DNA of 64,000 nt from NCBI GenBank assembly GCA_050230475.1, contig JBFLGF010000071.1:1-64000 (forward strand), given 5' to 3'. Below the pieces are notes generated by a model. The model saw only the letters and a program-made list of their open reading frames with translations, had not been told where the DNA came from and made no database searches. How positions within the stretch are numbered: the stretch's first letter is position 1; every line of letters starts with the position of its first letter. Below, piece by piece: positions 1-13,919 of this stretch. This stretch comes from Ancylonema sp. (Eukaryota). A program made the translations under genes and the position numbers.

Positions 1-237
1 TGGGATCCATTGTGGGAGCGTCCTCCTCATTGTCACCCGTCAGATCCATCACCAGGGTTGAGGCCACCACACTGGTAGAAGCCCTCACCATTTCCTCCAC
101 GGCATCTTCATTCGGAGGAACTAAGTACTACTCTTGGAGTCGGGTGAAAGCAGGAGTGGGGACAACTTCATTTATAGGTCATAAATAACAAAAAAAATCC
201 GGAACAACCTACCATAATCTACCCTGATGTACCGTGG

Positions 238-296
238 AATACCCTCAAATACCCTCAAATACCCTCATATACCCTCAAATACCCTCAAATACCCTA
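238..296. repeat. 10-bp tandem repeat (ATACCCTCAA)x~6, probably a transposon subterminal repeat
   Basis: aataccctcaaataccctcaaataccctcatataccctcaaataccctcaaataccct is directly visible, followed by recurring GGGTTA/CCGGGT motifs. Confidence 0.75.
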
Positions 297-399
297 GGGT
301 TATTCCGGGTTATTGCAGGTTTTTAACCCGGTTTTTGGTTGCCGGGTTATTTGCGGGTTAATACCGCAGGGTTACGGGTTAAGGGTAGACCGCCACCTT

Positions 400-480
400 G
401 ATAGTGACAGCCCTAGCATTCGATATAGTGACATTAAATCCTCATGTCTATAAAATTGTCACTATATCGAGACTGCACTG
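400..480 (-). mobile_element. Terminal fragment of a TA-flanked Tc1/mariner-like MITE (same family as 53164-59445)
   Basis: The reverse complement (cagtgcagtctcgatatagtgacaattttatagacatgagg...) matches the left end at 53164; followed by TA. Confidence 0.7.
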
Positions 481-496
481 TATAGTAACATAGATA

Positions 497-570
497 GGGA
501 GAGACTGCGGGCACCCCCCAAAGCGACTGCGGGCACCCCCCTCCGACTGGCCCGCAAGCTTTCCCTTTAA
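497..570 (+). mobile_element. Orphan left TIR of a MULE-like MITE family (same as 35863)
   Basis: gggagagactgcgggcaccccccaaagcgactgcgggcacccccctccgact is near-identical to 35863-35935. No partner TIR was found. Confidence 0.7.
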
Positions 571-1964
571 AATAGGTAAGTTCCGCCCAATCTATATAGA
601 CGTAAAGTGTACGGATTTTGTACAATTCCGTACACGTCCTTTCTGTGAGTTTGTGCATTAGTTTTATTTGTGGATGTTCGCGAACTCAAGTAGAGTGGGT
701 TATCTCTTGGTTGGATAACCAAGACGCATAAGTTGGTGACCTCTCATAAATATGAAGTCATGTGTGAGCATAATTTGAGCAATATATTTGATTGTAATCA
801 GTCGTATTCACATGAATATTGGTTTGATGGGATTTATAACCAAATTTCTTTTATTGATAACGAGTCGAAATTGATCATTAAATTCCATCCCGAAATTATT
901 GATTTATGTATGTTTTTATGTAATCCAACATTAGAAACTCTTGTATAAGAAGCATTGTTATACGCCTAGCTTTGTCACAATTAAGTTCTTTCTTCATTTG
1001 GCGACAACCGATTCCAAATATTAACAGACACAATAAGACAATAAAGGCAACGAGCCCCACTAGAATTCTCACAAGAGTCAAATGGAACTCAACTAAACAT
1101 TGGGAATTTGTAAACTTCTCAATGAAGGAATCTGATAGCGGACGCTCGCAAACAAACAATGAGTTGCATGCCTTATATAAATTGTTATGTGCCATTTGGA
1201 AGTGCGTTGACCTAGATTGTTATCATCTCACAAGTATATTGACGTGGTATAAGCTGGTATTTGGTCACATAAGTTATGAAAGGCGATGAGAGCAGAATGA
1301 ATTCTGAACATTCGATCAAATATCTATGATAGTTGAATCACTTATTATACCAATCAGTATAGTCCAAAAAAATAATATAATATGAAAAAATAGTTTGGCG
1401 CTTGGTTCAAAATAGATCGACATATCACTAGAACTACCCAAACGATATTGCACACACGTCATTACGACGACTATTTGAAGATATTTGACTAGTCCTTGCT
1501 CTACAGAAAGCTAATATCGATTACTGATAAACACATCGTCAGAGGATCGGAGCCGGACCCCATGCGGATGGGCGCCGGATCGGAGGCCCGATCGGATAAT
1601 TCCCAACCATGAAAACAAAGAGCAAAATAAAAACATGTGCATTGGGTTTACGTCACATTTCATGCATCTTATTGTTCATTTTACCATCGATTTTTAAATA
1701 CGGATCGATGCACCGATCCGCACTAATTCGAATAGGGCGCCGAGTCAAGTGCGCATCGGATCCGCTTTGGATCGGCGCCCAATCAGAGGGTTCCTTATCA
1801 ACACGGGTCGAGAGATGGTCACGAGAATCATTGATCCGAAAATCCTCTCCATCCGTACAAACATGCACCGGCACATTCGAGCCATATTGTGGGGGCACAT
1901 TGAGCAACATTAGCGTTATTGCTCTCGTGATGCAACGTCTACAGTTCATGTACCCGTACTGGCC

Positions 1965-2725
1965 ACACATAATGACCCTCAAATAATTATGAAGAGGGTG
2001 GGTCGGGTCAAATTCAATAATTCAATTTTTGAAAAAAGTGGGTCACTTCATAATGTGGGTCACCAAATAATAATTATTTTTCAAGATTTTGGGAAATTTT
2101 ATATGGGGTGCGCGGGTTGGGTCAAGTGGCGGTTTCGTGGCTAAATAATTCGTTTTTAAAAAACCCGGGTCATTATGTATTGCAACTACGGTATTCAATA
2201 AGAGCCACCATAACGGAATAATGGCCTTCGCTTTGTATACTGTTTCGTGGCCCGTGAGTGTAATTTTTGTAAGAACATCAAATTGTTCCTTTTCAACCCC
2301 CGTCATATATTACATACCCACACACGTTTTCAGCCACACGTGCACAATGCTAGGCCAAAAGAAAAAAAACGGTGCGAGACCTACGAAGATGAAGGGTGGT
2401 TTTATGAAGGGATCCTCAGCCGAGAGGGCAAATATAACCTAGTATGGACTCGAGACCAAACTCCGGGAAGGATTCCCATTCTCGTATATACTGCAAAATA
2501 CGATTACTATCGTGGCCACACATAACGCCCCGGGTTTTTCAAAACGAACTAATTTAACTACAGAACTACCATTCGACCCAACATAAAATTTCTCAGACTC
2601 CTCACATAATTTTATTACCTACTGACCCACATTATAGAGAGACCCACTTTATACAAATAATGAATTATTTACTTTGACCCCACTTACCCTTCTCATGATT
2701 ATTTGAGGGTTTCATTACGTGTGCG
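1965..2725. mobile_element. Foldback/MULE-like element with ~200-bp imperfect inverted arms
   Basis: 1965-2180 (cacacataatgaccctcaaataattatgaagagggtgggtc...aaaacccggg) is the approximate reverse complement of 2525-2725. A related fragment lies near 32620-32800. Confidence 0.6.
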
Positions 2726-3383
2726 AATACGGAATTTGAAGGGGGAGGGGGACTCCGCATTTTGTGCATGATTATAATTGTTATAACACCCTCTCATTGA
2801 TGCCAATTGGATAGTTGAGTTGACAAAAGTTGACAACTTGGTAAAACTAACAAGTTCAACTCTCAAAGTAAAATTTCAAACCTAAACACCTTCTTTTAAA
2901 AATTATTTATGGGTCATCACATATTGCATGACTTTTTTAAGCTCCCACATCTCGAAACGAACTCGTGAAACCAAAAGAAGATATAGTGAGAAATTAGTGA
3001 ACACATTGGCATTGACCACTCTCTAACACCTCAACACCATCAACAACCACAGAATTTGAAAATTTCCAAGGACGAGGGGCTTTGTTCCAAGTGCTACCCC
3101 ACAGTGAGACACACCGCAACAGCCAAATACGGCTAACGTTTTTACTTCACGACTTTCTCCTACTCCCATGCTCACTCTCTCAGTAGCGTAAAACAAGATT
3201 AGAAACAATGAGCTGATTCTAAAGAAAAATATATTGTGATGACTCATCACGAAGCTTGAAACAAGTCCCTACTTAGTCATGATATGCATTCCCCACCACC
3301 ATTTCCCTTTCTCACCACCATTTCAACTTTGACAGCGACAAGCCTAAACCCCAATTCACAACCTGTCTCGTATCTAGATCCTC

Positions 3384-4812
<1,429 letters not shown>

Positions 4813-5536
4813 ACTACTAACGCAGCAACTCAATCGAGAAACCAAACCTGTCCCCGGGATGACTCAAAGACAAAGTTCACGATCTATGTCGAAGGGGACG
4901 GTAAGGATGCTGCGAATTCGCCTGCAGAAACGGTAACAGATTGCAAAGATGGTAAGGAAGTTGATGGCCGATTCTCCGCTCTCTAGGGTTCGGAGACCGT
5001 GAGTGATGTGGAGATTTACAGGTGGTCGGGTGCTCTCTTTTCAACGAGGCGAAACTTTCACATCCGGATTCAGCCGTCGAACCGGTTTTGGTCAATTCTT
5101 ACGCGTGACCCGTACCTTGTAGAAACTACATCTCGCGCGTCAGCCGGTCCGTACAGGTTTTGCAGCCTTCTGCGAGCCTTTCCCAAGATTCGACGGCCAG
5201 GGTCCCGCTCGAGGGTCGCGCGCGGGAGGCGGAAGGCCCACCGCCACCGCCGTCGCTAGCGGCTTTCTCTTGTGCTCTACAACTGAGCACGCGCAGAATC
5301 CCCGCACAGAGCGCAGAGAGGTCTTACGCTTCAAGTGTAGACGCTTAGAATTTGTATGATTAAGGCACTCTCGGGACAGTTTCTGCAGGAGAACGATCTG
5401 GAGCTGGAGCGGTGTGATAACTCTTTGTGGAGCGGAAGACTTCTGGAACTTAGCGTATATGTTCGTGCAAGCTTCAGTCGCGTCTGCATAGCCTTCCCCA
5501 CGATCTGCTTTTTTCGTCCGTAGAGTAATCACTGAG
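4813..5536. promoter_or_regulatory. Compact bidirectional promoter and 5'UTR region shared by UBC and the ZNF598-like gene
   Basis: Divergent ATGs lie 724 bp apart. The putative UBC 5'UTR intron (AAG|GTACG at 5115, cag at 4848) leaves about 420 bp or less for both transcription starts; GC-rich core at ~5190-5260. Confidence 0.6.
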
Positions 5537-8500
5537 ATGGAGGAGTGTTGTGCAGTATGCGCGGAGCCTCTAGTGTGGGTGGCTTACGGGATTTGCAAAC
5601 ACAGAGATGTTTGTGCCACCTGCACGTCACGACTCAGATTCGTTTTGAAAGACAATCGGTGTTGCATTTGTAAGCAGGAATCATCGTCCGTATTTGTCAC
5701 AAAGGTGAGTGGAGTTTTCTTAGCTGGATGCTTTCTGTGATCCGATCAGCGGCGTATATTTTGGATATCGTTCAGTAGCCTATATATGAATCCTCGCACT
5801 TGCAGCTTACGAATCTAAGTTGTGCCTGCATTCTTGAATTTGAAAACTTTGCTTAGCTTCATATAAGTATTACTGTGCATGTAAAAATTATATTCTAGCT
5901 CGATAGCCTACAAGAGCATGCTTTTACTAACGGCCATAGCATCAGCTACTGAATTAGACAGCACGGCTACCACCAAATGTGCATCTCATTTATATTATGG
6001 AAGTGGTTTTTTATTGCCTTCTTGGGGGATAGTAGACAAAGTAGCGGCCTGTCGTAGGAATCATACGCTCATGATTGTGCCATATTTACTGAAGTACACA
6101 TTTCGAGCCTCGGATCTGGTGAGAAATGTGGATGGCTTAATGCTCATGTGGCTTAAGTCCTTTACAGGCACTAGGCGAATACACTCAATCTGCTGGCGAC
6201 TTCAGCAAACTTCCGGAGCGCGTCATTTTGCCCGATCGGAGGGGTGGAGATGTGTATTATGAACCTCACACCTCCGCGTACATTGACGATGAAGAGCAGT
6301 ACAAATTCCTTCTCGCCATGTGTCGTCTCACGTGCGGCATATGCGATGGAGGGGAGCGGGCAACTGGAGTCAACGGAGCACAGAAATCAAGATTGTTCTC
6401 GAGCGTGGCCGAACTCAGTGGGCACACTTGGGGAGCTCATCGGCTGAACATGTGCGGTCTCTGCCTAGAAGGAAGGACGGTATGCCATCAACTCCCTCTG
6501 GCTTCACAATGGCAGGCATGGTTGGGGGTATGCGGGGGGCCGTCCCATGGTCAGTTCATGATGTTGGAGGCGCATTGTGAGGGTGATGTTGGCAGAATGA
6601 TGATGTGCTGTCGTCGTGGGGGGTCTGCAGATGTTTGTTTCCGAGCAGCGCCTGTACACTTCCAATCAGCTTCTTTTACACGAGGCATCGGGTGAGTCTG
6701 ACGTGGATCCGTTGGAGGAGAGGGAGGCGTTCAAAGGCCACCCTCGCTGCGGGTTCTGCAACCGAAGGTTCTACGGCGAGAACGAGCTGTTTCTGCACAT
6801 GAGCCAGGAACACTTCTTCTGTTTTATCTGCCAGAGGTGAGGCAGAAATAAAACCTGTCCCTGCAATTGGAGTTTTGTGAAAGTATTGCCAATGCCAGTC
6901 ACCCTCGTGTTGCCCCTGCTTGCTGGTCTGACATGCGCTCAAGGCTGTTTTCTGTGGGTGCAGAAGCAGGCCCCCTGGGGATGTCGACTACTTTCACACC
7001 TATGAACATCTGGAAGTAAGTAGGGGGGAAATGGCAGATGGGTCGGAATGACTACTTCCATAAAAATGCATGTGTGCATGTCATCCAGAACCTACAAGGT
7101 GTTTGCGGGTTCATATTCTGGTGTATGAATGTATGAGAGGCACTTTGGTGCAGTAACAAGGTAGTACTGGATACAGCAGAGGGGGTAGGGGGCTTTGTGG
7201 CCGTTCGTAATAAGGGGAGGAATAGGGGAGGTCATGTGACGTTGACTGTAGGGATACGAAAAAGGGACGGTGACCTTGACATCGTAGAGTCCAAATTATG
7301 AGTCTGTATACCGGCAACGAGGGGCGAACGACAGGGTGGTTGGGTGGGAGAAGTGAGGTTGGGGGGGCTTGGAAGTCGGAATGGGCAGCAAGGCTAAGGA
7401 TGCCTGTGGTGGTCTCTTTCAGAATCATTTCCGCGCTCAGCACTTTCTGTGTGAAGAACCGGAGTGCCTGAGCAAGAAGTGGGTGGTGTTTCAAAGCGAC
7501 TCGGAAATGAAGGTAGGGCTCAAAGGTGTACCTTTTTTTTTTGGCGATGGCTTCTGTCCGCCCAGTACCACGGATCACCACAGATCACGGATTCGTGATC
7601 CGGGTCCAGGAATAACGGCCTAGGGGAAGTGAAGTAGAGAAATCGGAGAAAGTATTCGGTGATCCAGACGCAAGTTGTTGTACGGAAAAACAGGCAATGC
7701 AGTAATAAGTCAATATGGACATTGTTACTTTAAAATGTGATCCAGGCGCGAAAATTGAGTCAAGAGAGTCCAGAGGTCAAGACGAAGATGAATCTCTTGT
7801 TTCCGAAACAATTTGTCCATCTTCCTCTGTGCTCATCATCAGTGTTTTTTTGCGAACGGACCCAAAAGATAATCAATACTTACCAACTTCCAAGGGGATG
7901 CCTCCTTTGTGCTTCCTGTGTGCAGAGACATGAGGTGCAGGCGCACGGAGGACGGATGTCGAGAGCAGTTCGGAACAGGGCTATGCAGGTGGAGGGCAGG
8001 GGGGGGGGGGGGGGTGCTTGCTTGCTTGCATCACAAACTTTATACTTCAGTGGGCTGGAGGTTGCTAAGGTTGGAAGTTGTTTGGTGCATACACGTACGA
8101 GTATACCCACGAGATTATGTGATGAGCGTGCAAAACAATGAGTGGATTGAGGCATTGGTTACATTCGGGATGTTGACTCGAAGTACTTTGACATCCGTAA
8201 TGACTTTCACTGTCTTCATGGGTCTCCTGTCCTCCAGATTCCCGCCTCTCAGTTATTCGTTTTCAACCCCCCCCCGCGGGGCAACGCCGCGTCAGAAGCC
8301 ACCAATCCGCGTCGACCACTGAGAGCAGGCCGCCAGCCTGGCGGGCCCAGCGTCCAGGTCATTCCCCACCCTGACTCCATGGAGGCAGCAGTACGCGCCA
8401 GCCTGGAAACCGCCAGCCTGGAGCGGGCCCTCCACGACTCAGCCGCCCTCGCCCACCCGTCCTCTCAGTATGCGGGGAACGGGCCCGGCTCGCTCAATGG

Positions 8501-9761
8501 GGGGGCAGGAGGGGAGGAGGCCTTCCCCTCCTTGGGGGGTGGGGGCGAGGGCGGGGTGGGGGGGGCGTTGTCCGCTGGAGCATATGTGAACCGGAGGGGG
8601 GGGGGGAACGCTGGGTTCACGGAATCCCTTTTCCCCCCCCTGCCTGCGGCCACCCCCTCCGCCAAGAAACGCGCCAAAGCCAAGCTGAAGGTGCAGGAGG
8701 CGGCAGGGGGCAGCGAGGGGGTGGGTAGTATGGCGAGTGTGCTGGGAGGGATGCAGACTCTGAGGTTGGTAGGGGGGAGAGGGGAGGGGAGGTCCACCCC
8801 TCAGTCAGGGTGGCCGGCGGTGGGACAGGTGGCGCCCCCCCCCAGTGGTGGGAATGGGTCTGGGGAAGGGTCGAGTGGGAGAGGGGGCGGGGAGGCCTCT
8901 GTGGGGTTAAGCATGGCGGCTCTCAAGGAAGAGAACCGGGTGCTGGTGACGAAGATAAAGGCAGAGCTGAGGGGCAACGAGCAGCGGTTTGGGGAGTTCA
9001 AAGCGGCGTCGGCGCGGTTTCGGACGAACGAGCTGTCTTCGGGGGGGTACTATAACCTCATCGCCCGCCTGGGATTGGCGGCGTTAGTGCCTGATCTTGC
9101 ACGCCTGTGTCCAGATCCGGATAAGAGGAAGGAGCTGATGGAGGCTCATGAGAGTGGGGTGCTTAACGGCCGCTCTGCAGTTGGGGGGGTTGAGCGGGTG
9201 GGGGGGGGCGGGGTGGGGGAGGGGCCGTCGTCTGAAGATAGGAAGAGCAAGGGAGGGGGGTCATATGCTGAGGAAAACAAGGGAAATGGGAAGGGGAAGG
9301 CAAGAGCATCGGAAGAGGCGAGAGGGGAATTGGTTGGAGGGAGAGAGGATGTTGTGGTAGAAAATATGAATGGTAACATGGTGTCAGACGAGGGGAGAGA
9401 AGGTGGGGGGAGGAGTGTAGAGGGGTGGACGTGCCCTGCTTGCACGTTGAACAACAACGATGACAGCATTCAGTGTGAGGCTTGCGGATCGGGTCGAGGG
9501 GTTGCTGGTGGCAACGAGGGTGCCAAGAGGAAGAAGAAAGGACAGAAGTTTGAGAGGCTGCGGCTTGGAGACGCAAATGCTGCCGAGTTTTTTGGAGGCG
9601 TAGGCGGACCTCAAGCCCCTTCCACAAGTGTGCCGGCGACAAACCCGTGGGGGACGGGACCCCCTCCCCCGGGAGCACCGCGGGGTGTTTGGCGAGGGGC
9701 GGGGGGCACAAGGCTCGCTCAAAGAGAGAGTGGGATTGCTTCTGCGTGGGAAAGGAAGTGA
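5537..9761 (+). CDS. ZNF598: E3 ubiquitin ligase ZNF598/Hel2-like (RING, C2H2 array, PAH-like helical domain, C-terminal RanBP2/NZF finger)
   Basis: Exons 5537-5704, 6168-6479, 6631-6836, 6964-7015, 7423-7512, 7926-7988, 8238-9761, phase-consistent GT-AG. RING CAVC...CKHRDVCATC...CCIC; FKGHPRCGFC..FYGENELFLHM..EHFFCFIC; HFRAQHFLCE..ECL; LVPDLARLCPDPDKRKEL; WTCPACTLNN..CEAC; stop TGA. Confidence 0.93.
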
Positions 9762-10198
9762 CATTGATTATTTTAAATCATGTAGGGGACCTCGTAGATG
9801 TTTACAGTAATGGTTGAGGTTGAGACTAGACTTGAGGGCCTCCATGGGGTCCAAATCGGGTCACGAATATGTGATCTCCTAGCGCTAGTAGAGGAGTTAT
9901 AGTGTAAGCTTTAGAATATAATTCCAACTTCGCGGACTTGGGAGGCCGGAACCTGAATTTTGTATGAACTGCAATTCAAAGGTCTTGAAACAATCTAGGC
10001 ACTAGCTCTTCATGCACGCGTGTTTTAAAATGGTTTTTACGTCTACGCCATTAATACAACATCCAAAGTATCATGGTGGGGTAGCCCTCGTTCCTGGTCA
10101 AGTTGTGTTGCGATCGCAATTTGAATTTCAAATTGATTTTTTATAAGGCCAACCTTGATCCCGCGACATTGTGTGCACATGGAAACAACATAATTATC

Positions 10199-10940
10199 AT
10201 AGTTGCATCCCGGATGCGCTCATCCGGGATGTGTCACAATGCGTCCAAACCCTGGTCGCAACCCGGACGCGTTCGGATATACCCGGACGTGTCCGGGTCC
10301 GGGGCCACGTCTGGGCCCAAAGGAGGAACAAACACAAAAACGAAAACAATCAAAAGAATCTACTAGGCGTTATACTACTCGTTTTTTTCTTTTTAAATCT
10401 TTTCTTTTTGGCGAGGGTGTCCGAGTCCGGGACGCGTTCCGGACGCGTCCGGGCCCGGACGCGTCCTGACCCAATTATGGTAATAATGTGTGTACAAATT
10501 ACACAAACGTGTTGTTGATATCACGCGAGTCTACACGAACATGTCTCTACACTGGAATTTACATGTTTCCGTTTTTTTTACAACTTTCAAATTGATTCAC
10601 AACTCTTACTATATAGAAGTCGCAAACTTGAATATAATCATTTTCTCACGGGGCAATTGGGTGGGCTAGGTTGAGGAGACAGGGGTGGGGGGAATGTGGA
10701 CAATCTGGCCACTGTGGAAGTGGCATCATAGTTGGGTCTTGGACAAGCTTGTCCTTGACATGTCCAACATTTGTTGCGGACACCACTTTTCCCGGGCATG
10801 TTGGGAGATGTCGGACACGTCCGGGGCCAACCAGAGGGGGGGGGAATCATACGCGTTATATTTAAGTCATTTTCTGGGCTTGGTTTTTGGCAAGGGTGTC
10901 CGGGTCACGGACGTGTCTAGGCCGGGACACGTCCGGAGAT
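10199..10940. mobile_element. Probable non-autonomous DNA transposon remnant with CCGGACGCGTCCGG-type subterminal repeats
   Basis: Clusters of palindromic GGAC(A/G)CGTCC motifs at 10210-10310, 10420-10470 and 10790-10940. Termini not resolved. Confidence 0.4.
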
Positions 10941-11869
10941 CCTTGGGCATGGAGAGGTGGACGAGACCCCAGGGTAGGGGGGTGGAGGCCGCCCGAAACG
11001 GATGGGACCCATCTATACAATTAGAATTGTCTAAATCTTCCCCGCGGAAATGACCGTCATGTCTAATTCATCCAAACATTGTCTTCTCAACTTGAAGCGG
11101 GTATAGGTAGTTTATACTACAAGATAACATTTCCCGCTCAGCTGACGTGAAAACCAATACCTACGACAGTAGTACTATTTGCATAATTGCGTGCGAGTTT
11201 CCGGACGTATTTGTTTGATACAACTTGGAGGTTTGGAGGACAAAGGATGATTATCAAACACATCGGAAACACATTGAGCAATTATAACAAATATAAGTGG
11301 CTATACGTTATATAAGTAACGAGTGACAATGAGCATCGTTTCAAAATTTATGTGTGTGGATCGCTCCATGTAATATATAAAAGTTGTATCTTCCCGCTCA
11401 AGTGGCGGTACCATGTAATCCGGTTAGAGTGGCGATTTGGAAGGCCAGCTCAAGGTTGCACCATCCATCCATCCCCATCTTGTCTAACCATTTCCAATTG
11501 TCCTAGTCTAATCCACCCTGTTTCAAAAGAGGGTGGATGGTTGTGGAACGGGATAGCAAAAGGTGCATTAGGATGGGAATAGTGTGTACGAGGATATTGA
11601 AGTCAACTCGGTGTGGGGATGTGTATGGAATAATAGTGATTCAGGCGGCCATACATGAATCAATGCAAATTACCCAATCCACCATTTTCATAATTACTTT
11701 TATATCATCACCTCTGGCCACTATTGTAGTTGTAGCTATTGCTCTATATTTGTATTTGTAGGCATTGCTCTATATAATTGTAGTTCTTACGCTAAGAGTA
11801 TCAAGGATCACAAGAATAAATATAAGAATACTGATCATAAAAACAACTCTAATAATTATAAAGATAAAA

Positions 11870-11897
11870 ATGATGATGATAACGATTACGACGATGT

Positions 11898-11948
<51 letters not shown>

Positions 11949-11962
11949 GAACGAGGATGATG
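11870..11962 (+). repeat. (GAT)n microsatellite
   Basis: A pure GAT run at ~11898-11948 with degenerate flanks. Confidence 0.95.
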
Positions 11963-12711
11963 AAAAAACCAAAATTAAACATACTAGTAGTAATAATTTA
12001 AAAAAAAACCATAAAACAGCAATAATAATCATAAAATTAAGAATAATAGCAAGTGCCCATCCCGTAGCGGAGAAGAACAGTGGGCCTAAAACCCACTCAA
12101 TTTTCTTCTTTTCATGATATTGTCGTCGCTTTTCGATTGCGCCGCCTTAAAACGACCTTGAGCACACGATTTCCTTGCTAGAACCTTGCGGTAGTAGGGT
12201 GTGTCTTTGCCCCCCCTGCAAGCGTTAATCACCGTCACGTCAGCGTGGTTACGAGTTGTAATTGAGAGCTCCGAGGGTGTGCGAAACCTTGGCTTTAACA
12301 TATCCTTCAAGATTTTTTAAATATGTATTTTTTCCTTCGTTGATTTTAGATGGGGTTCCCATCGGTATTATTTTATTTTTATTTCTATCTATCGTGTGGG
12401 TTTTTATGAGGATAAGAAAAACGGAGGAAGACAAGTGTCACTAGAAATGCCTAGTCAAAATTGGTGTCTCAAAATTGTTTCTGTAACGAGGGAGGAGGAG
12501 GCATAAGGAGGGGTTCGCTGTATCGAGTGGCGACTGCACAATCAGGCAAGTTCATAATCAACGGTCTTTCTTTCTGCTGTCGCACGATCGTCCCACTTAT
12601 CAGGTCGAGCACGACTCGTAGGGACAGCGAATCTCCCCCTTCGAGCAATTTCACTTCTACACCTCGCATCATCCAGCCTTCATCGCACGTATCCTTATCT
12701 TCCCTGCAACC

Positions 12712-13919
12712 ATGGCTGCCACTTGCGCCTCATCGTCCTTGGCGGCACTTACTGCGTCTTCGTCCAATGTCGTCAGCGTGGGAGCGCCGTCCCAGCTCAG
12801 GTCAATCCGAAGCTCCTGTGTTGGAGCAGGACGTACGCTGCGGAAGAGCAGCAAGCCAGGTTCGCAATGGGGCATCAGATCTACTGTTGAAGGATCTGAA
12901 AATCCTAGCCTGCATGGTTAACCCTTGAAGGGAAAAATCCCCGAAACATGTGCACGATTACAGTCTATGCTTAGATCGAATTCTAGTTACTGCTTGCATA
13001 TCATGTTCTTCTCCTCCCCCCTGATTGAGACTCGCCACCGCAGTGGCTCTTCGACAGCTGGTACCTAAAATCTGCCTTGGCTTTGTGCAGCTCCTCGATC
13101 GGTTTCCTTCAGTATCAAGGCAGTCTCAGAGGAGCCGGCGGTAGAGACACTGGATACAGAGAAATTACTAGAAGATGTCAAGACTAAGGTAGGAGGACAG
13201 GAGCTAAAACTGACATCAGAAATAAAGGCGGTTACATGCGCTCGGTTTACTATATCAGCGCCGTGTGCCTTTGCAGTCAATTGCGGGTGGGGAAATTCTC
13301 AATTCTATCGACCGCTGACCACAACTTAATTCTATGTCTCTACACCGGTTGCAGTTTGATGCGATTGAGAACAAACCTGTCGTCGCCCTGTATGCTGGAG
13401 GAGCAGTTCTTACTCTTTGGCTCGCCAATGCCGTTGTCGGGGCAGTCGATTCATTGCCGTTGGTAAGGGACGAGCAATGCAGTTTGACAGGCAATTGTCA
13501 CCTCACAAGTTAGCAAAGCCGTGACCTGCGCTTGCTATTACAGCACGTAAGCTGTATCCTGCATGTGGATCTTTGCGGTTGGGTTTATTGTGCTGATACC
13601 CCAAGTGTATTTGTGCTGAGTGCTTTTGCAGATTCCGAAGTTTCTGGAGCTGATTGGCGTTGGATATACTGCGTGGTTCACGTACCGATTCTTGCTTTTC
13701 AAGGTCCAGCATGCTAATTCCAAACTCTCGAGGCTTTTGTAGTTCCAGGGACATGCAGCCTCAAGTTTGTGTTTGCCTGCCTATTATGCCACGCAGTTCT
13801 CACTGTTGTTATGTTGTTATCTTTTTCCTGGTGCATTGCAGTCTAGTCGAAAGGAGTTGGCTTAGAAAATCGAGGAGATCAAAGGCAAGATCTCAGGATC
13901 TACAGGCATAGCCGAGTAA
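12712..13919 (+). CDS. CURT1: CURVATURE THYLAKOID 1 (CAAD domain) protein with transit peptide; in-frame TAG at 13863-13865 in the last exon
   Basis: Exons 12712-12859, 13091-13188, 13355-13462, 13632-13703, 13842-13919. Ser/Ala-rich N-terminus, then FDAIENKPVVALYAGGAVLTLWLANAVVGAVDSLPL|IPKFLELIGVGYTAWFTYRFLLFK|SSRKELA*KIEEIKGKISGSTGIAE*(TAA). Confidence 0.92.

Noticed and set aside
238..385. Telomere-like or CRISPR-like repeats
   Set aside because: The 10-bp unit has no spacers and is not a tandem TTTAGGG/TTAGGG array; more likely transposon subterminal repeats.
733..1289. AT-rich short ORFs
   Set aside because: No family recognised and frequent stops; likely degraded internal TE sequence.
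11765..12001. Poly-Met and poly-Ile ORFs
   Set aside because: Translations of the (GAT)n repeat.
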